A stretch of 63,997 nt of DNA, the filler included, from Reticulomyxa filosa (lineage: Eukaryota > Protista > Foraminifera): the NCBI GenBank assembly GCA_000512085.1. It is 19 parts of 19 records of this genome, joined end to end, with 100 filler letters (N's around TTAATTAATTAA, not from the genome) between each part and the next. Parts side by side here need not be neighbours in the genome. Positions count along the whole stretch, not along the records: positions 23,187 to 26,475 come from ASPP01024013.1; positions 26,576 to 28,497 come from ASPP01000310.1; positions 28,598 to 29,611 come from ASPP01007863.1; positions 29,712 to 38,133 come from ASPP01010469.1; positions 38,234 to 39,592 come from ASPP01037944.1; 14 more parts are not named here. One strand, given 5' to 3'. Below, one piece after another: positions 26,371 through 39,692 of the stretch. A program made the translations under genes and the position numbers. Under the pieces are notes generated by a model that saw only the letters and a list, made by a program, of their open reading frames with translations, was not told the origin of the DNA and made no database searches. Position 1 is the first letter of the stretch. The number at the start of each line of letters is the position of its first letter.

Positions 26371-26575
26371 TCATAGACGATATATATGCAGATACATATA
26401 TATGTGTACGTACACGTATTATATTTGAATTGATTTTGTGTATAAAAAAAAAAAAAAAAAAAAAGTGGACCCCCCNNNNNNNNNNNNNNNNNNNNNNNNN
26501 NNNNNNNNNNNNNNNNNNNTTAATTAATTAANNNNNNNNNNNNNNNNNNNNNNNNNNNNNNNNNNNNNNNNNNNN

Positions 26576-26703
26576 TTTAAAAACTACAAGATTTGTAGAT
26601 ATTTTTTAAAAAAATTAAGTCTAAATGTTGATTTTTCACGGAGAAAATCAACTATCATCATAAGATATGTTTTATGGTTCAGTTTTCTTTGCAACATACT
26701 GTA
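26576..26703 (-). mobile_element. Terminus of a Tc1/mariner-like TIR element (copy 1)
   Basis: Minus strand TA|CAGTATGTTGCAAAGAAAACTGAAC..TAAAACATATCTTATGATGATA; highly similar to the copies at 46580 and 55958. Confidence 0.75.
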
Positions 26704-27545
26704 TTAAGCATTTCAAAGAAATTAGTTTAAAATTAACTATATAACATAAATTGGAAATAATCTTGTGCCCTTTTTTGTAACATTTTCACATTAGAATTTG
26801 TTGGTTAGTCTACACTGTTACTTCTGTACTCTCCTAGCATAACGTGATTCTATATTTCTTATAATTGATGTTTTTTCTGGATTATTTCGTCTCCTTTTTC
26901 TGCTGCAATTTTTTTTAAAAGTACACATATATGTGGTAATGATGTGTTTAGTCCAAAAAACTTTGCTATACATTGTACATATTACAGTTGATTTCCGTTG
27001 TCTTTCAAGTTGAAGCGTTTGCTTATTTTTAACTTGCATGGTTGTCAAACATTAATTGACTCCTTCAACCATTACGTCTGTTTACTCGTAATTGTTGGAC
27101 GTTTTTTCATTTGTCTTTTTTATTTTTAATAATAAGAACAAAATGCAAAAACAAGGGTAAGTCAAAGAACTGAACGGTATACTCTTCGTATTTTTGCTGC
27201 TGGCGATTGCAGACACTTTGTGAAGTTATTCAGTTTATTCACGATATAATGTCGAAGTTTATTTTGAACTTTGCTTGATTTGTTACGAATAATTGCTGTG
27301 TTCAACAAATTCGATAATGTCGTACTTGAAAAAAAAAATTTGAAATGCTTACCAAATTTTATTTAAAGAAAATTTCTTTGCAAGCCCATTTTGTTTTAAC
27401 GACATTAAACTCCGATTTTGTACACTAGATCAGATGCGTAATAAATGTAAGAAAAAATGTTTGAAAATTTGTAAACAATAGTATGCAATCAACAAAAAGA
27501 TTCTATAAAACAGGCAAAAAATCAATTAGTACCAACCTTTTTGTT

Positions 27546-28410
27546 TCATTTGTAATTTGCAAGTTTTGTCTGAAATGGAAGCTTGTCATTCAGAATTTCA
27601 TCTTTTCTTTTGCAATCGGATGTAGCAAGATTTGGTGAAGAAGCATTTTTATTTGGAAGAATGGCTCTCATTCGTTTATATTTGCGCCGTGACACTGCAA
27701 TTTGTTGTTGATATTTTTGTGCAATGCACTCCTTGATGTCCTTCCTTGTTACATACTCAGAAACGTGTTGATATAATGTTTGATATATGTCATCACTAAT
27801 TTTCAAGGTCATCAACAAATTGGCTCCAAACTCGAGCAAAACATTGGCAATTTGAATATCAAACTCAGTAGTGCGAAAACATGGGAATGACAACATGTGA
27901 CGATCTTTGTTGTCCAACCGATTGATGACTGTCCCATTTAATCGGCACAATTTCCGGATTAAAGCAATTTTTTTTGCGGCTTTGTCAGGATTAGTAACAT
28001 CAATATTTTGCTCGACTAAGCAAAACAAGGGTGTACGTGAATTGTTGTCCGTCGTATCAACAGGAAGTCCGTGACCGAGTAAACAATCCACCAAGTGCGT
28101 GTCAACATTGGGAATAGCCTCTTCGAACATCCATTTCTGTAACACCTGCAGCCCTACTTTTTCAAACTGTTTTTCACGAGCAAACGCTAGCAGCTCGACT
28201 TTTGGATCTCCTTCAATTGTATGCTTTGATGGAATCACCTTTTTTTTTTGTTTGCTGATTCAGCAAAATATAGGAACATATAAATATAAATACGATATTT
28301 TTTTAAAAAAAAGTAGTAATTTTTCAAACATTATGTCGAAGGAGCAAATACACCGACGCAACATCCTGCATTCGCAATGCTACATCCAGTAACGACATTG
28401 CACCATCACT
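27546..28410 (-). CDS. Ankyrin-repeat-containing protein (5' partial)
   Basis: LVDCLLGHGLPVDTTDNNSRTPLFCLV, INRLDNKDRHML, IANVLLEFGANLL; upstream exon at about 28352-28410. Confidence 0.7.
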
Positions 28411-28597
28411 TGTTTGTTGTAGAAAAAATATATGTAAACAACTGCGTCAATTGTGAAAGTAGTGAACTCCTTATTCTCAAATTAAAAAAAAAAAAAANNN
28501 NNNNNNNNNNNNNNNNNNNNNNNNNNNNNNNNNNNNNNNNNTTAATTAATTAANNNNNNNNNNNNNNNNNNNNNNNNNNNNNNNNNNNNNNNNNNNN

Positions 28598-29590
28598 GAC
28601 TTGCTCAATGGCGATGCTCTGCTCTTCTTTAATCCTTTGTTGCTGCTCTCTTCGCCAATGAAACACCGAGTTTTCGGCCATTTGAGCGGACCACGCCACG
28701 GTCTCGCACCACATTTCATCCTTGACGTTTTGTGGGATCAACTCGTCCACGTAATACTCTTCCTTGAGTCGCTCTTTGGTGCGCGCTTCTTCCTCCAAAA
28801 AGCGCTTGAAAGTCTTGCGCTTCGCTAACAAATGCTTGCTCATTATTATATGCACCGACTCGTCGTGGATCAACGCGTTCTTCAGCACCTGATGTCCAAT
28901 GTTCAATTCGTTACAACAAAACACCAACTTTGGCGACGGCGGTGTCAGCCATTGCTGCGACTGCTCTTTGTTGTCTTCCATTGCATACATTTCCAAACGA
29001 CCATATTTTCGGACTAACAATATAAATACGTTGCCGTTGGCTTTCTCCTCCTTTTCTTCTTCTTTTCCTATTTCTTTTTCTTTTTCTTTTCCTATTTCTT
29101 TGTTTTCTTCGTCTCTCCTGTTTCCAGCCACGAGAATTTCTTTTCTGATCCTAATGCCGTCTCGTCATGATATATATCCGCATCTTTATATATATACATA
29201 TATATATATGTATATATGTATATGTATATATGTGTACATATGTGTGTGTTGATTTATTTGTTAATATTGTATTCAACTAACCTGGCCTGTCAGATCCAAA
29301 CAACATTTCCTTCAGTCGTGTAGCCTCTGGATCGACAAATGGATTGCGATTGTCCGACAGATTGGTAGGCAATGCTTGCTCGAATGCTCCAGTATGACCC
29401 CCGGTGGCAAGCAATGCGCTACTCACGTCCTTTTTCCCAGACAACACTTGCATTAAATTTTGCGGGGTTTGTTCTTTCCAGTTTTGCTTTCTTTCGTTCC
29501 ATTCCGCCAAGTATTCGTTCAGCGTCTTCACTCGCACTTCATGCGTGTTGTGATGCTGATATAACGACATTGCCACTACTCTGCCAAACT
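28598..29590 (-). CDS. CPSF1: Cleavage and polyadenylation specificity factor subunit 1 (CPSF160)-like internal fragment
   Basis: LLVRKYGRLEMYAM..LVFCCNELNIGHQVL parallels CPSF1 LLVRENGTMEIYQLP..LVFLVKNFPVGQRVL; AMSLYQ and EMLFGSD correspond to the LCLYRD and EMLYGD segments. Confidence 0.6.
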
Positions 29591-29934
29591 CCTTTTTTTT
29601 TTTTTTTTTTTNNNNNNNNNNNNNNNNNNNNNNNNNNNNNNNNNNNNNNNNNNNNTTAATTAATTAANNNNNNNNNNNNNNNNNNNNNNNNNNNNNNNNN
29701 NNNNNNNNNNNAAAAAAAAAAAAAAAATCTTTTGGATGCAATAGCGTTGGGTGCAAGCGCGAATGATTTGTTTCCTCCGATTCCGCAGTTTGATATTGGC
29801 TTGAACTCGCCACAGTATGCACAAATAATGTGCCAGCCAAGTTAATTTGAAGGATGGAGGAAGTGATCAACAACGACAACAACAAAAAAAAAAGTGCAAT
29901 AGCATTTGGAGAACGCAAGCTTAATTGTGAATAG

Positions 29935-30758
29935 CAATGTCTTTTGTGTGTTGTGCGTGCTGTTGGAAGGACAGACAAAAATGACAAAGAGTTGAAAACG
30001 ATGAGCGGAGAAATACCCAAGACAAGAGCAAATGAGGAAAGTGGTCGATTCGTAGGATTAGTAGGGACGAGTGAAAATACAAGTGAATACAAAGATAAGT
30101 ATGCCGCGAAATTGAACCACAGAAATGCACATGATGACGGGAACAGCGTTAAACGGCACACATGCGCGTATTGTCAAAAAGAACTGTTCAATTCCACTGG
30201 TTTGAAGCATCACATTTACACGCATACAAACGCATGGCCTTTTCGTTGCTGTTGGCCAGGTTGTGCCAAGGGAACGGCTACGAAACGCGATTTGATGAAA
30301 CACCAAAGAACACACACTGGTTTGTTTCCGTTGGTGGTCTTTACCATCTACGTAGAACTACATACGTACATAAACTTATGGCTAATGCGCGAATATGCAA
30401 AAAAGCTCTTTTGTTATTTTTTTAAATTCTTCTCCCCCCCCCCCTTATGTGGATACGTTTTGTAAACGAAAATAAACATAAATAAAAAAAATCTTTGAGG
30501 TATTGAAGTGTGAGTGCCTTTCCAATAGGTGAAAGACCTTTCGTATGCGATATTTGCAACAAAAAGTTTACTCAATCCGGGGTCATGCATCGACACAAAA
30601 AAGCGTGTGCCAAAAAAAAAATGGCCAAATGTTTAGAGACAACCGTGTTTTATAAGCAAAACAGTGAAGACAGCAAGAGGGAAATGGAGGGGAGTTGGCT
30701 GGTCAAACCCTTCAATAACAACGATGGTTTGCCAGACACTTTTAGCTCAACCAAATAG
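29935..30758 (+). CDS. C2H2 zinc-finger protein with three fingers (start uncertain)
   Basis: CAYC..HIYTH, CCWPGC..HQRTH, TGERPF linker across intron 30320-30528, CDIC..HKKAC. Confidence 0.88.
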
Positions 30759-31659
30759 CGCAACGTAGTTGTGCTATACTACCGTTTCAATGTACAGTTT
30801 AAACGTTTGTAACAATTAACATTTTCAGAGCAAAGTTGTGGAAAACGGATAACTTTTTCTCCATGTCCATTAACCATGGAATGTATTTGGTGTTAATTTT
30901 TTGTGTTTTTAATTTTATTTATCCCAATTTGATTTATTTCTCAATACTATTTGGATTTGTTTGTCTGTTGTATGTGTGGTTATGTTTGTTATTTTTTCAT
31001 TTGTTATCATATAATACATCCATTGCTATTCTGATCTAAAAATTAATGGATTGTTTTGGTTTTGGTTTGTGTTTTGTTGAATAAGTGGGGTTCTTTTTTC
31101 TTTTGGATAATGTGTTTTAGTTTCTGAATGAACAGGCTATATTTGGATTTGGAATTAAGAGTATTTTAAGTAAATAGTTGGATGCATATTCTTTGTCTCT
31201 GTTTTCCAACCATAAAATAAGCATCGGTAACGTGCATAACTTGTTAATTCCGCCTAGTGTTCCACAACGCACTTGCACAACTGGTTGTATATGAGCCACC
31301 AGTGAGTATGCTGGACAAATTTAAGTCTATTAAAATTTAGAAACGGCTCAACAACATTTCATCATTTTAAAGTAACGTCCTCGATTTTTTTAGAAAATAG
31401 TTTCTAAAAAAGCATTTTTATCGTTTTTGTGAATGCAATATACGGTAATATTAAAAACGTTGAGGAAAGGTCTTTTGTTTAATTGAACCGCAACACAATT
31501 CCTTTTGCCCGAAGAAATCTGAAGGTTTTTATGTTAACGTCATTCCGTCCAAAAGCAAATGAATTACAAATTATCGTTTAAAAAATCAACCAAAAACAAA
31601 ACAAAAAATAATTCACATTTATTTTTGTTGTCACAATTTTACAAAGTCTATTTTGGCGA

Positions 31660-33074
31660 TTATGACAAGTGCTTAGAAAAAACGAGACGAACAGCGTCAT
31701 CCACGTTTTGGCATTTGAAGGTGGGATTGCCGTCAAAAGTGTGAGTATCATTGTAAACTCCCGTTTTGACAAGAATTGTATTCCATCCAATATTGTTTCC
31801 ACCAGCAATGTCAGTATACGGATTATCTCCGATCATATAACAACTCTTCGCGTCCACGCCATCATATCCTAATTTTCGTGCTTCTTCATTCAGCGTGTTC
31901 TGTGCATACTGTATTTTTCAGGTTTCGTACAACAAACAACAAACGTTGGAATTGTTTTGTGCTTGATGTTCATTTGCATTAAAAAATATCAAAACACACA
32001 AACTTGCATCGTGGGCAGAGTAGGTTTTCCAAATTGGACAAACTGAAGCTGATTTCCAGTTAATTTTTCATAAATTGATCGAATGCAATGAGTATAAATA
32101 CCTTGGCCAAATCTTGGATACGAATATACGGTTGTCCAAAGTAAATCCTTTTTTGTTAAGTGAACAAGCAACTTGTCAACAACGCATTTCTTGTTTTGCT
32201 TTCTCAGCCTTTTCTCACAAACTTAACTGGACTGGAAAAAAATATTGGTGGATGACTTGCATTGTCTGGCTTTTTGCCATGAATTCTCTTTTTTTTTTTT
32301 TTTTTTGCGTATATGTATATTGCGTGTAACCATTTTTGCAAACAAAGCAAAATTATCAAACATCAAACAAACATTACGAAACAAGCAATCAATAATAAGT
32401 TGGATTTCACTTCCCCAGCATTCTCCATCATCCAAAACGCAAATCGCCTCAATATCAGAAGGGTGATAGGACGTAATTTCTTTCAAACTGCGATGTTGCG
32501 GAGACAGTTTGTGTTGGCTGCTAAATGGATAAATGCTCGGGTGCGCACCTATTACTTCGGATGCGTTTATCACTCGTTTCAATCCGTAGCTATTTATTTT
32601 ATTTCATTTTATTTTCGACAATGCAAAAAAAAAAAAATAAAAGGAAATTTTTCAATCTCGCTTTTTTTTGTTATCAAAACTGATGCGCCACATGATGAAC
32701 GTCCTTGTTTCCGGCTACTAAAACCAGCCGATCTTTTAACTGTTCCACACGTTGTCTCAGAGGTGTATGTGCTAATATCACTTGACTTTCTCTCAGCTAT
32801 ACTATTTTTTATTCATTTGTCTACCATAAGGGACACTAACTGCAAAATAATTAGCTTAATTCCGTCCACAAACCTGAGCGTCGAAAATTTGTCCTAGCTT
32901 TTTCGCTTTTTCTCCTTCTGTCGCTCCGCCTCCATTTGTCAACAAGACAAAGGGAACACCCTTCTCTTTAACACGTTCGAAAACAGATTTTGTAAAGGAA
33001 AATACATTAGGAGAACGCCAAAATACTCCATCTATATCAAATGCTATCGCACAGCGAGCTAAACCTCGAGACAT
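31660..33074 (-). CDS. HAD-IIA hydrolase, CECR5/HDHD5 family (multi-exon)
   Basis: AFDIDGV, PFVLLTNGGG, WGSEIQLIID, DLLW..YSYPRFGQG, FGKP, YMIGDNPYTDIAG, ILVKTGVY. Confidence 0.9.
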
Positions 33075-33464
33075 TATCTTTTTTCTGTTGTTTGAGTCCC
33101 CCTTCTCGTTAAAACAGGTACTCATTAACTCCAACTATTCAAAGGACACTCAAGATCTGTAATTTGCATGAGATTTTCACCATATCATTATCATCATTAA
33201 AATGTCATTTGTTCTTCAACTGCAAAACAATTCGTTTTGGATTTTGATTTATGTTTACATTTATGTTTAACCAAAATAAATAAATAATACTAAATTTAAA
33301 AGATAAAATGTAATTTATTATTAATTGTTAGGTTATAAAATTTGTATGGATCGGTGAATTTGCACTTGTTGTCAAATGTGTTATGATGCTTTGTTTTTTG
33401 TTTTCATTTAATGACAATTATTACTTGTTTATTATTATTGATTATCACTTTAACACAGGCCACC

Positions 33465-33625
33465 TTCTTTATGCTCTACATATTTTGTTCGTCATCTAAA
33501 TTATTGAAAACTTTTGCTGGGCACACTAATCGGGTGAATATTCAACATTCGATTGCAGTAAATTACTCCGTCTGGATTGGATGATAATACAGTCCGTGTG
33601 TGGAGTATAGATAGCAAACATATTC
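33465..33625 (+). pseudogene. WD40 gene remnant
   Basis: SSKLLKTFAGHTNRV..STFDCS..GLDDNTVRVW with a frameshift. Confidence 0.55.
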
Positions 33626-33919
33626 AATTCAAATAATTCTTTGTGTTACATACAATTTGAACATACTTTTCCAAATTTCCGTATTGAACGACTAAACATC
33701 TGTTTGAGAGCTTAAATTTATCACTAAAAATTTCAAGTCGGTGTAAGAAACACCATCAAAGTAATCATAAGTCTTATTGAATTTTTGAGATGTTTCCAAT
33801 TAACAGTAGATTTTGAAAGAGCAATTAGTTTAGTTTAACCAAAAGTGTTTTGTTGGAGGCTCCAAGAGCAGCTAAACTTTGGTGAACTTTTTTCTTTTAA
33901 GTATTTTTCAAGATTGGAA

Positions 33920-34799
33920 ATGTTTGCAAAAAATCATCTTCCAGTAAAGGAAAATAGTCTTGACTCTGCAATAAAAAATTTAGGCCAAAGTGTGCAAGCT
34001 TTGAACAAGCGACAAAATTCTTTAGAAGCAAAAATTTCAGAATCTAATTTTCGTGCTTTACAAAAATATAGAAACAAGGATAAAGAGGGTATTTTGTATT
34101 TTGTTTTGAGGCCTATTTTTTGGAGTTCGTTGATAGCGACTTCATGCACTTATGTTTTCAATCCACTAGGTGCAATTATGGAAGTAAAAGAAAAGCGTAG
34201 ACTTATTAATAATTTAGCTACAATAAAAGAGCAAATATTAACCTTGAAAGCAAAGATCAGAGAATTGGAAGAAGCCAGGAATCACACAATTGGTATAGTA
34301 GTTGAGATTAACTAATGGTTTTTTGTTAGCACTGCTCGCTTTAAATGTGTATTTACTTTTAATATCAGACAAATGATAAAAGTTCAGTCAAGACTGAAGA
34401 CGATGAGATAGATATAGACAACGCACATATGAAGCCATTTGCCTTAATGGATGAAGTTACTCGATAAAGTGCATTATCAGCTAGAGTTTTTGAGGGGGAC
34501 ATCTTAAAAATTAGTGCTAGTACTGCTTGTGACTCTGACACTATAAATAATGTGATCGAAAACTCTTTGCGCGACAATAGGATGAATTGAAACTTCAAGC
34601 AGAAATTGAAGAACTAGAAAGAGGTTACGCAGAGAAGTCGTCGACAACTTCAGAGATGGTCACCAGCATAAGCAATACCAATGCTGCTGAGGATGTTGAA
34701 AAAAAAACAATTGATGGCAAGACGGCTTCTACATTAGAAGAAGAGGAAGAACTTGCAGCATTGGAAAAATGCTACAATCCTAATATTGCTTACGTATAA
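33920..34799 (+). CDS. Uncharacterised coiled-coil protein with one hydrophobic segment (about 3 exons)
   Basis: ORF 33920-34315 plus plausible exons at ~34369-34455 and 34581-34799. Confidence 0.55.
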
Positions 34800-35225
34800 A
34801 CTCCTTTTTGTTTTGCACGAAGAATATGAAATCACAAATGAAAAATGAGGAAAAGGCGTATTAATGGGACTATATAAGTAATTAGTGATACTTTGAGTAT
34901 TCTTTTTGAAAAACAAAAAAGGACAAAAAGATCCTTTTTGATTGAATTGAACGTACACAATAAAAATTGTTTCCAAATAACTTTTTCCTTGCCTCCAACA
35001 CACTCTTTAAGAGCACTCTTAACAAATGCAATCCACACAGTCCAATTTGACCCGCCGCCATACAAAATCTCGGCCGGCGTTAGTTGACAAAAAAGTAGAA
35101 AAGCCAATATATCCAACAAAACAGCAATTTTGTGTTGTTTTGAAATGATGTTGACTTTGGTGTTGGCATTGAAAGAAAATAAAGTTGGTTCGGAGCAATT
35201 CTTTTTGAAAAAAACGAATGTCATT

Positions 35226-36862
35226 TTATGAACTATCACTAATCCCACCATCTGTAATAACAAATTCAGCTTCACTTTCGGGTAGGTTCGGTGAATCATA
35301 AATCTTTGCAACTCTCGCATTGTCCTTGCCTTTTCGTAAGAAAACACGTGTTGTTGATGCGTGAGCAATGATATTGCCTCCGATTGGTTTGACACCACCT
35401 CCAAAGCTCATACCTTAAAAAAGCAAAATCAAAAATCAAAATTAACAAATAAAGAAACAAAGTAAAATATCTGCAAAAAAAAAAGTAAAAGCAGCAAAAG
35501 TACCATCTGGATTCGCAACCACCTGATTGGTGATAACGACAGCAACACCGAAAATATCACACAGCTGTAGCAAGGTGCGCATGAATTTACCTAGCATCTG
35601 TTGTCGAACTGACAGCTCCCCTCGGCCAACGTACTCACTGCGGAACAAGGCCGTCGCACTGTCCACCACAACCAGTGCAAACCTTTCTTGGCTCATCATT
35701 TCACCCGCTTCCGTTAGCAGTCGCAATTGATGGTCACTGTTGTATGCGCGTGCAAAGTGAACATTTTCGAGAATGTCATTACCATCCATCCCAAACCGAT
35801 GGGCTATTTGCAATATTCTCTCAGGTCGAAAAGTGCCTTCTGTGTCAACGTATAAGGAGCAACCCTAGCAAAGCAAACACAACACGCTTGCTTTCACTGT
35901 GTTTGCAAAACATTATGCTTTATCATTATTTATTTGTTTATTTTTTTTCTTTCGTCTACCTGTCCACCCCCGTGCTCTACTGGAAACTATACACATCAAC
36001 AAGGGCACACACACACACAAAATGAAATAGTCTGACGTGTTGCCGAAACCAATCAAAACACACTCTTGCAACCAATCAAAAAAAAAAACACGACAACATC
36101 TCATCACATTTGCACAACTCCAAACTGTAAAACGCAAAAAAAAAAAACAACAAAGTGTTAAACAACAATATTAACTTGTGCCGTCACACATAGCGTGTGA
36201 CAAAGTTGTGATTTCCCCGTTCTAAACTCTCCAAACAACTCTGTGATGCTCCCCGTTTCTATTCCTCCTCCGAACAGTTCGTCCAGTTTGGTCGAACCTG
36301 TCGAGATTCGGACAATATCTTGTCTTTCTTTGTGATACACAGCTGCAGTAATAAATGAGTGCGGCAATGCAATTTTGAATGCTATGGCGTGGGAGGAAAA
36401 AAAAAACACAAAGTGGCAACCAATTATATAGTATATAAATGCTCGTGTTGCAAACGCGAAATAAATCCAAGTGTTCAGCTTTTGTCGCCCAATCACAACA
36501 CAACCAATCAAAAATGTGGACAAATACCTGCACTTTGCAATTTGTCGACTTTTACTTCTGAAATGCCTTTGACATCGAGCAGATTTTTTCGTGGTGCAAA
36601 GGCCACGCTTTCCACTGTGTAAAAGCCTTGAACTCTGAGTTTCTTGATATCTTGAGGTGTGATACCTTCACTCTAAAAAAAACAGCCACCACATGTTCGT
36701 TAATGCACATTACAGATTGATAAAAGGAAAAAAAAAAGAAACTTGTAAATCTTCAATTTTGTGAAAGCTTTTCTCTTGATCTTTTAGTTTATCATCAATA
36801 CCACTTTCTTGAGACTCGATTTTTTGAGTTTCCTCAGCTTCATTTTCTTCGATTTCTGCCAT
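35226..36862 (-). CDS. RAD51: DNA recombinase RAD51 (6 exons, including a 27-nt micro-exon at 35960-35986)
   Basis: [16 protein letters not shown], Walker [18 protein letters not shown], Walker [47 protein letters not shown]; diagnostic residues look like Rad51 rather than Dmc1. Confidence 0.93.
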
Positions 36863-37292
36863 ATTCACTAAAAGTGTGACTCTTGAGATTAAGAAATATT
36901 ACACAAATTGCAAAAGTTAAACAAATAAAACAGTCAAAACGCTTTTGTTAACGACAAAAGGGGAACATACGCACCAAGAAAATAACTTTTCATTTTTATT
37001 TTAAGTATGTTTTTTTGTTCTTCTTTAAAATGTTCACGTGTTAGCAAATACTAAAAAATATTACAATTGAAATCAAATTCAAAAGACACTATTAATTACA
37101 CAATTTTTTCCCTAATTTTTGAAATCATTCTATTTTTTTGCGCTCATTATGAAACGCACACAAAATACACAAAAAGTATTTGATGTAACAGCATGTTTGC
37201 TTATCTTCAATAACCTGGAATAGATAATGACACACACAAAATTGTCTGACGGTTAAAAGAGTGGACCCTAGTTGAGTTATTAGCTATATGAA

Positions 37293-37980
37293 ATGTTTCG
37301 CTCTAACAGTGGTACTTCTAATGACAAAACACATATCCAACTGGAGACTTTGACAAATGTTGAAGCTGTCATGTCCGAAAGTAATTCCGAGAACGACAAG
37401 CATGTGACAGGAAGGAAAAAAGAGCACAGAGGACACAATAACCAAATTAAAGAGTGGCAAAAGCGCTCACAAACACTCGAAAGTAGTGATCACAGCGAGC
37501 ATGATCAATTTCCACCATTCAAATATTCAGCAGAAGAAGTAAGTAGAAAAAAAGTCTTTGGAGCACCCAATCGAACTTTCTACAATAACGCCAATGATAA
37601 TGATGATAGTCAAAACGAAAAAAATGTGAAATCCAACATAAAGCCTTTTGATACAAGTGACTTGAATTCAGAGGAACAGCTAAGCGTTCAAGTATGTATT
37701 GAGACATTTTCTTTTTTGTTATGTATGTAATGCCGTTGATACATGGTCATAATATTTTTTTTTAAAAAAATTATATGAACGGCTCCCCTCCCCCTTTTTT
37801 TTTTTTTTTTTTTTTTAGTCAGAACAACAGCCTTTGATGAACTGGCAACAACTGCATGACCCTGACTCAGATCATCAAATGTTGGCAGACCGAAAGAGGC
37901 AAAACTCTTACGAACGGTTAAACTGCAATCAGCCAGAAACAGAATATATCCATAGAAAATCGTTTGAAAAGAGAAAGGTG
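37293..37980 (+). CDS. Uncharacterised protein, 5' exons, head-to-head with RAD51
   Basis: ORF from 37293 with probable donor near 37693 and a second exon at ~37819-37977. Confidence 0.5.
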
Positions 37981-38233
37981 ATTTATTCGAAACAACAAAA
38001 AACTATTTACCAAAAAAAAAAAAAAATGTATGATTGATCGAATTATTAATTTGAGCCTGTTTATATATATGCATATATATATATATGTATATAAACATAA
38101 ATATATTTTTTACATAAAATATATATATATATANNNNNNNNNNNNNNNNNNNNNNNNNNNNNNNNNNNNNNNNNNNNTTAATTAATTAANNNNNNNNNNN
38201 NNNNNNNNNNNNNNNNNNNNNNNNNNNNNNNNN

Positions 38234-38691
38234 ATTTTACTTGAAAAAAAGCATAAAACATCAAAAAGACTTTAAGTTGCTTGAGGTTAAAAAAACCCCT
38301 TGCATCATCGAGCCTATCATAAAAAGACAGGATGTCACCATTCAGATCATGTGTTACGCTAGAAGAAATGGAAGATGAATCTATTTACAAGGAGAAAGAA
38401 AAAGAAGAGACTAAAGAGACAAGTACAGAATTATCTCATAACTTGAAGGAAGAAAAAAACATTGAGAACAAGCATTGGGTGAAACAAACAAATCAAAACG
38501 TAATGAAGCAAATGTGGAAAGAAAAGAGACGATGCTATGGCGATCATAACCTTTTCCATGGAGATGTGACAATGTCGATTGCTTCGAGGCGTTACTACAG
38601 TGGTGATCACATCTTACTCGACTTGTTGTTTTGGTCACTATCTTATGCAAGCGATCTGGGCCGAGATAATAATTATCAAAGTGGATTTTAG
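38234..38691 (+). CDS. Uncharacterised coding fragment
   Basis: ORF 38332-38691 in a GC-richer island; no domain recognised. Confidence 0.35.
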
Positions 38692-39692
38692 TCACAACAA
38701 AACAATTGTGACAATGGAGTGAAAGGAAAGATGAGTATTTATCATTATGATAATATTATCATCAATGCCAACGTAACGACAGCAAACTGGAGAGAGCAAA
38801 TGTATCGCCAACACTGGCTCATTGCCATCGGCAGAGTGTGAAGCAGCTGACAACAAATCAAAACGCCAATGTTTTGTTGTATATACATGTTCGATCACAA
38901 TAGAAAAAAACTTTGGAATTTGATATGATTTTTGATTTGAATGAAACCACATAGGCAAAAGTGAAGACATGGATGAAGGAGTGATCACGTCGGTCAGACT
39001 TTGCTTTCTCATATTTCACTTTTATTTTACAAATTGTAATAACTGTATCTGTAAATACTCAATCGTATCTATCTATGTTTTAAAATATATTGAAATAAAA
39101 AATTAAATATTAACGATATCCTATCATTTAAAACATTTGTCCAAAGTAATTTTGAATGTTGTATTCCTTCAAATTTTTTTCAGCACATTTGTTTTTGAAA
39201 TTTTGCTACTATTTTTATGATTTTTGTTTCAATAACACTGTCTGTCGATTAATACATATCATAGCCTTGTATAATCGAGTGAAAAAAATAAAAAAATAAT
39301 CAGCTCTCTTTTTACTGACTTGATGCTAACAAGTTAAAATAAATTCATTCAAACACTTTTATCAATGTGTCATCCCCAAACACAAATTAAACCTCTATCT
39401 GAGCTATAACATAAATTAATACAAATATCTCTATTTGCTTTTTTTTCATTGTCATTTACTTTCTTTTTAAATTCTATAAATTTAAGACAAAATATTCCAC
39501 AATCTTCTTTATTACTCCCTTTAATTAAATACAATTCTTTCTTATTTAATCGAATATCCCAAAAACGAATTGTATTATCAGCTGATCCAGAANNNNNNNN
39601 NNNNNNNNNNNNNNNNNNNNNNNNNNNNNNNNNNNNTTAATTAATTAANNNNNNNNNNNNNNNNNNNNNNNNNNNNNNNNNNNNNNNNNNNN

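Noticed and set aside
34832-35404. 190-aa minus-strand ORF overlapping the last RAD51 exon
   Set aside because: A different frame of the RAD51 exon running into AT-rich 3' sequence; no motif support
35226-36862. Possible meiosis-specific DMC1
   Set aside because: Diagnostic segments ([35 protein letters not shown]) fit RAD51 better
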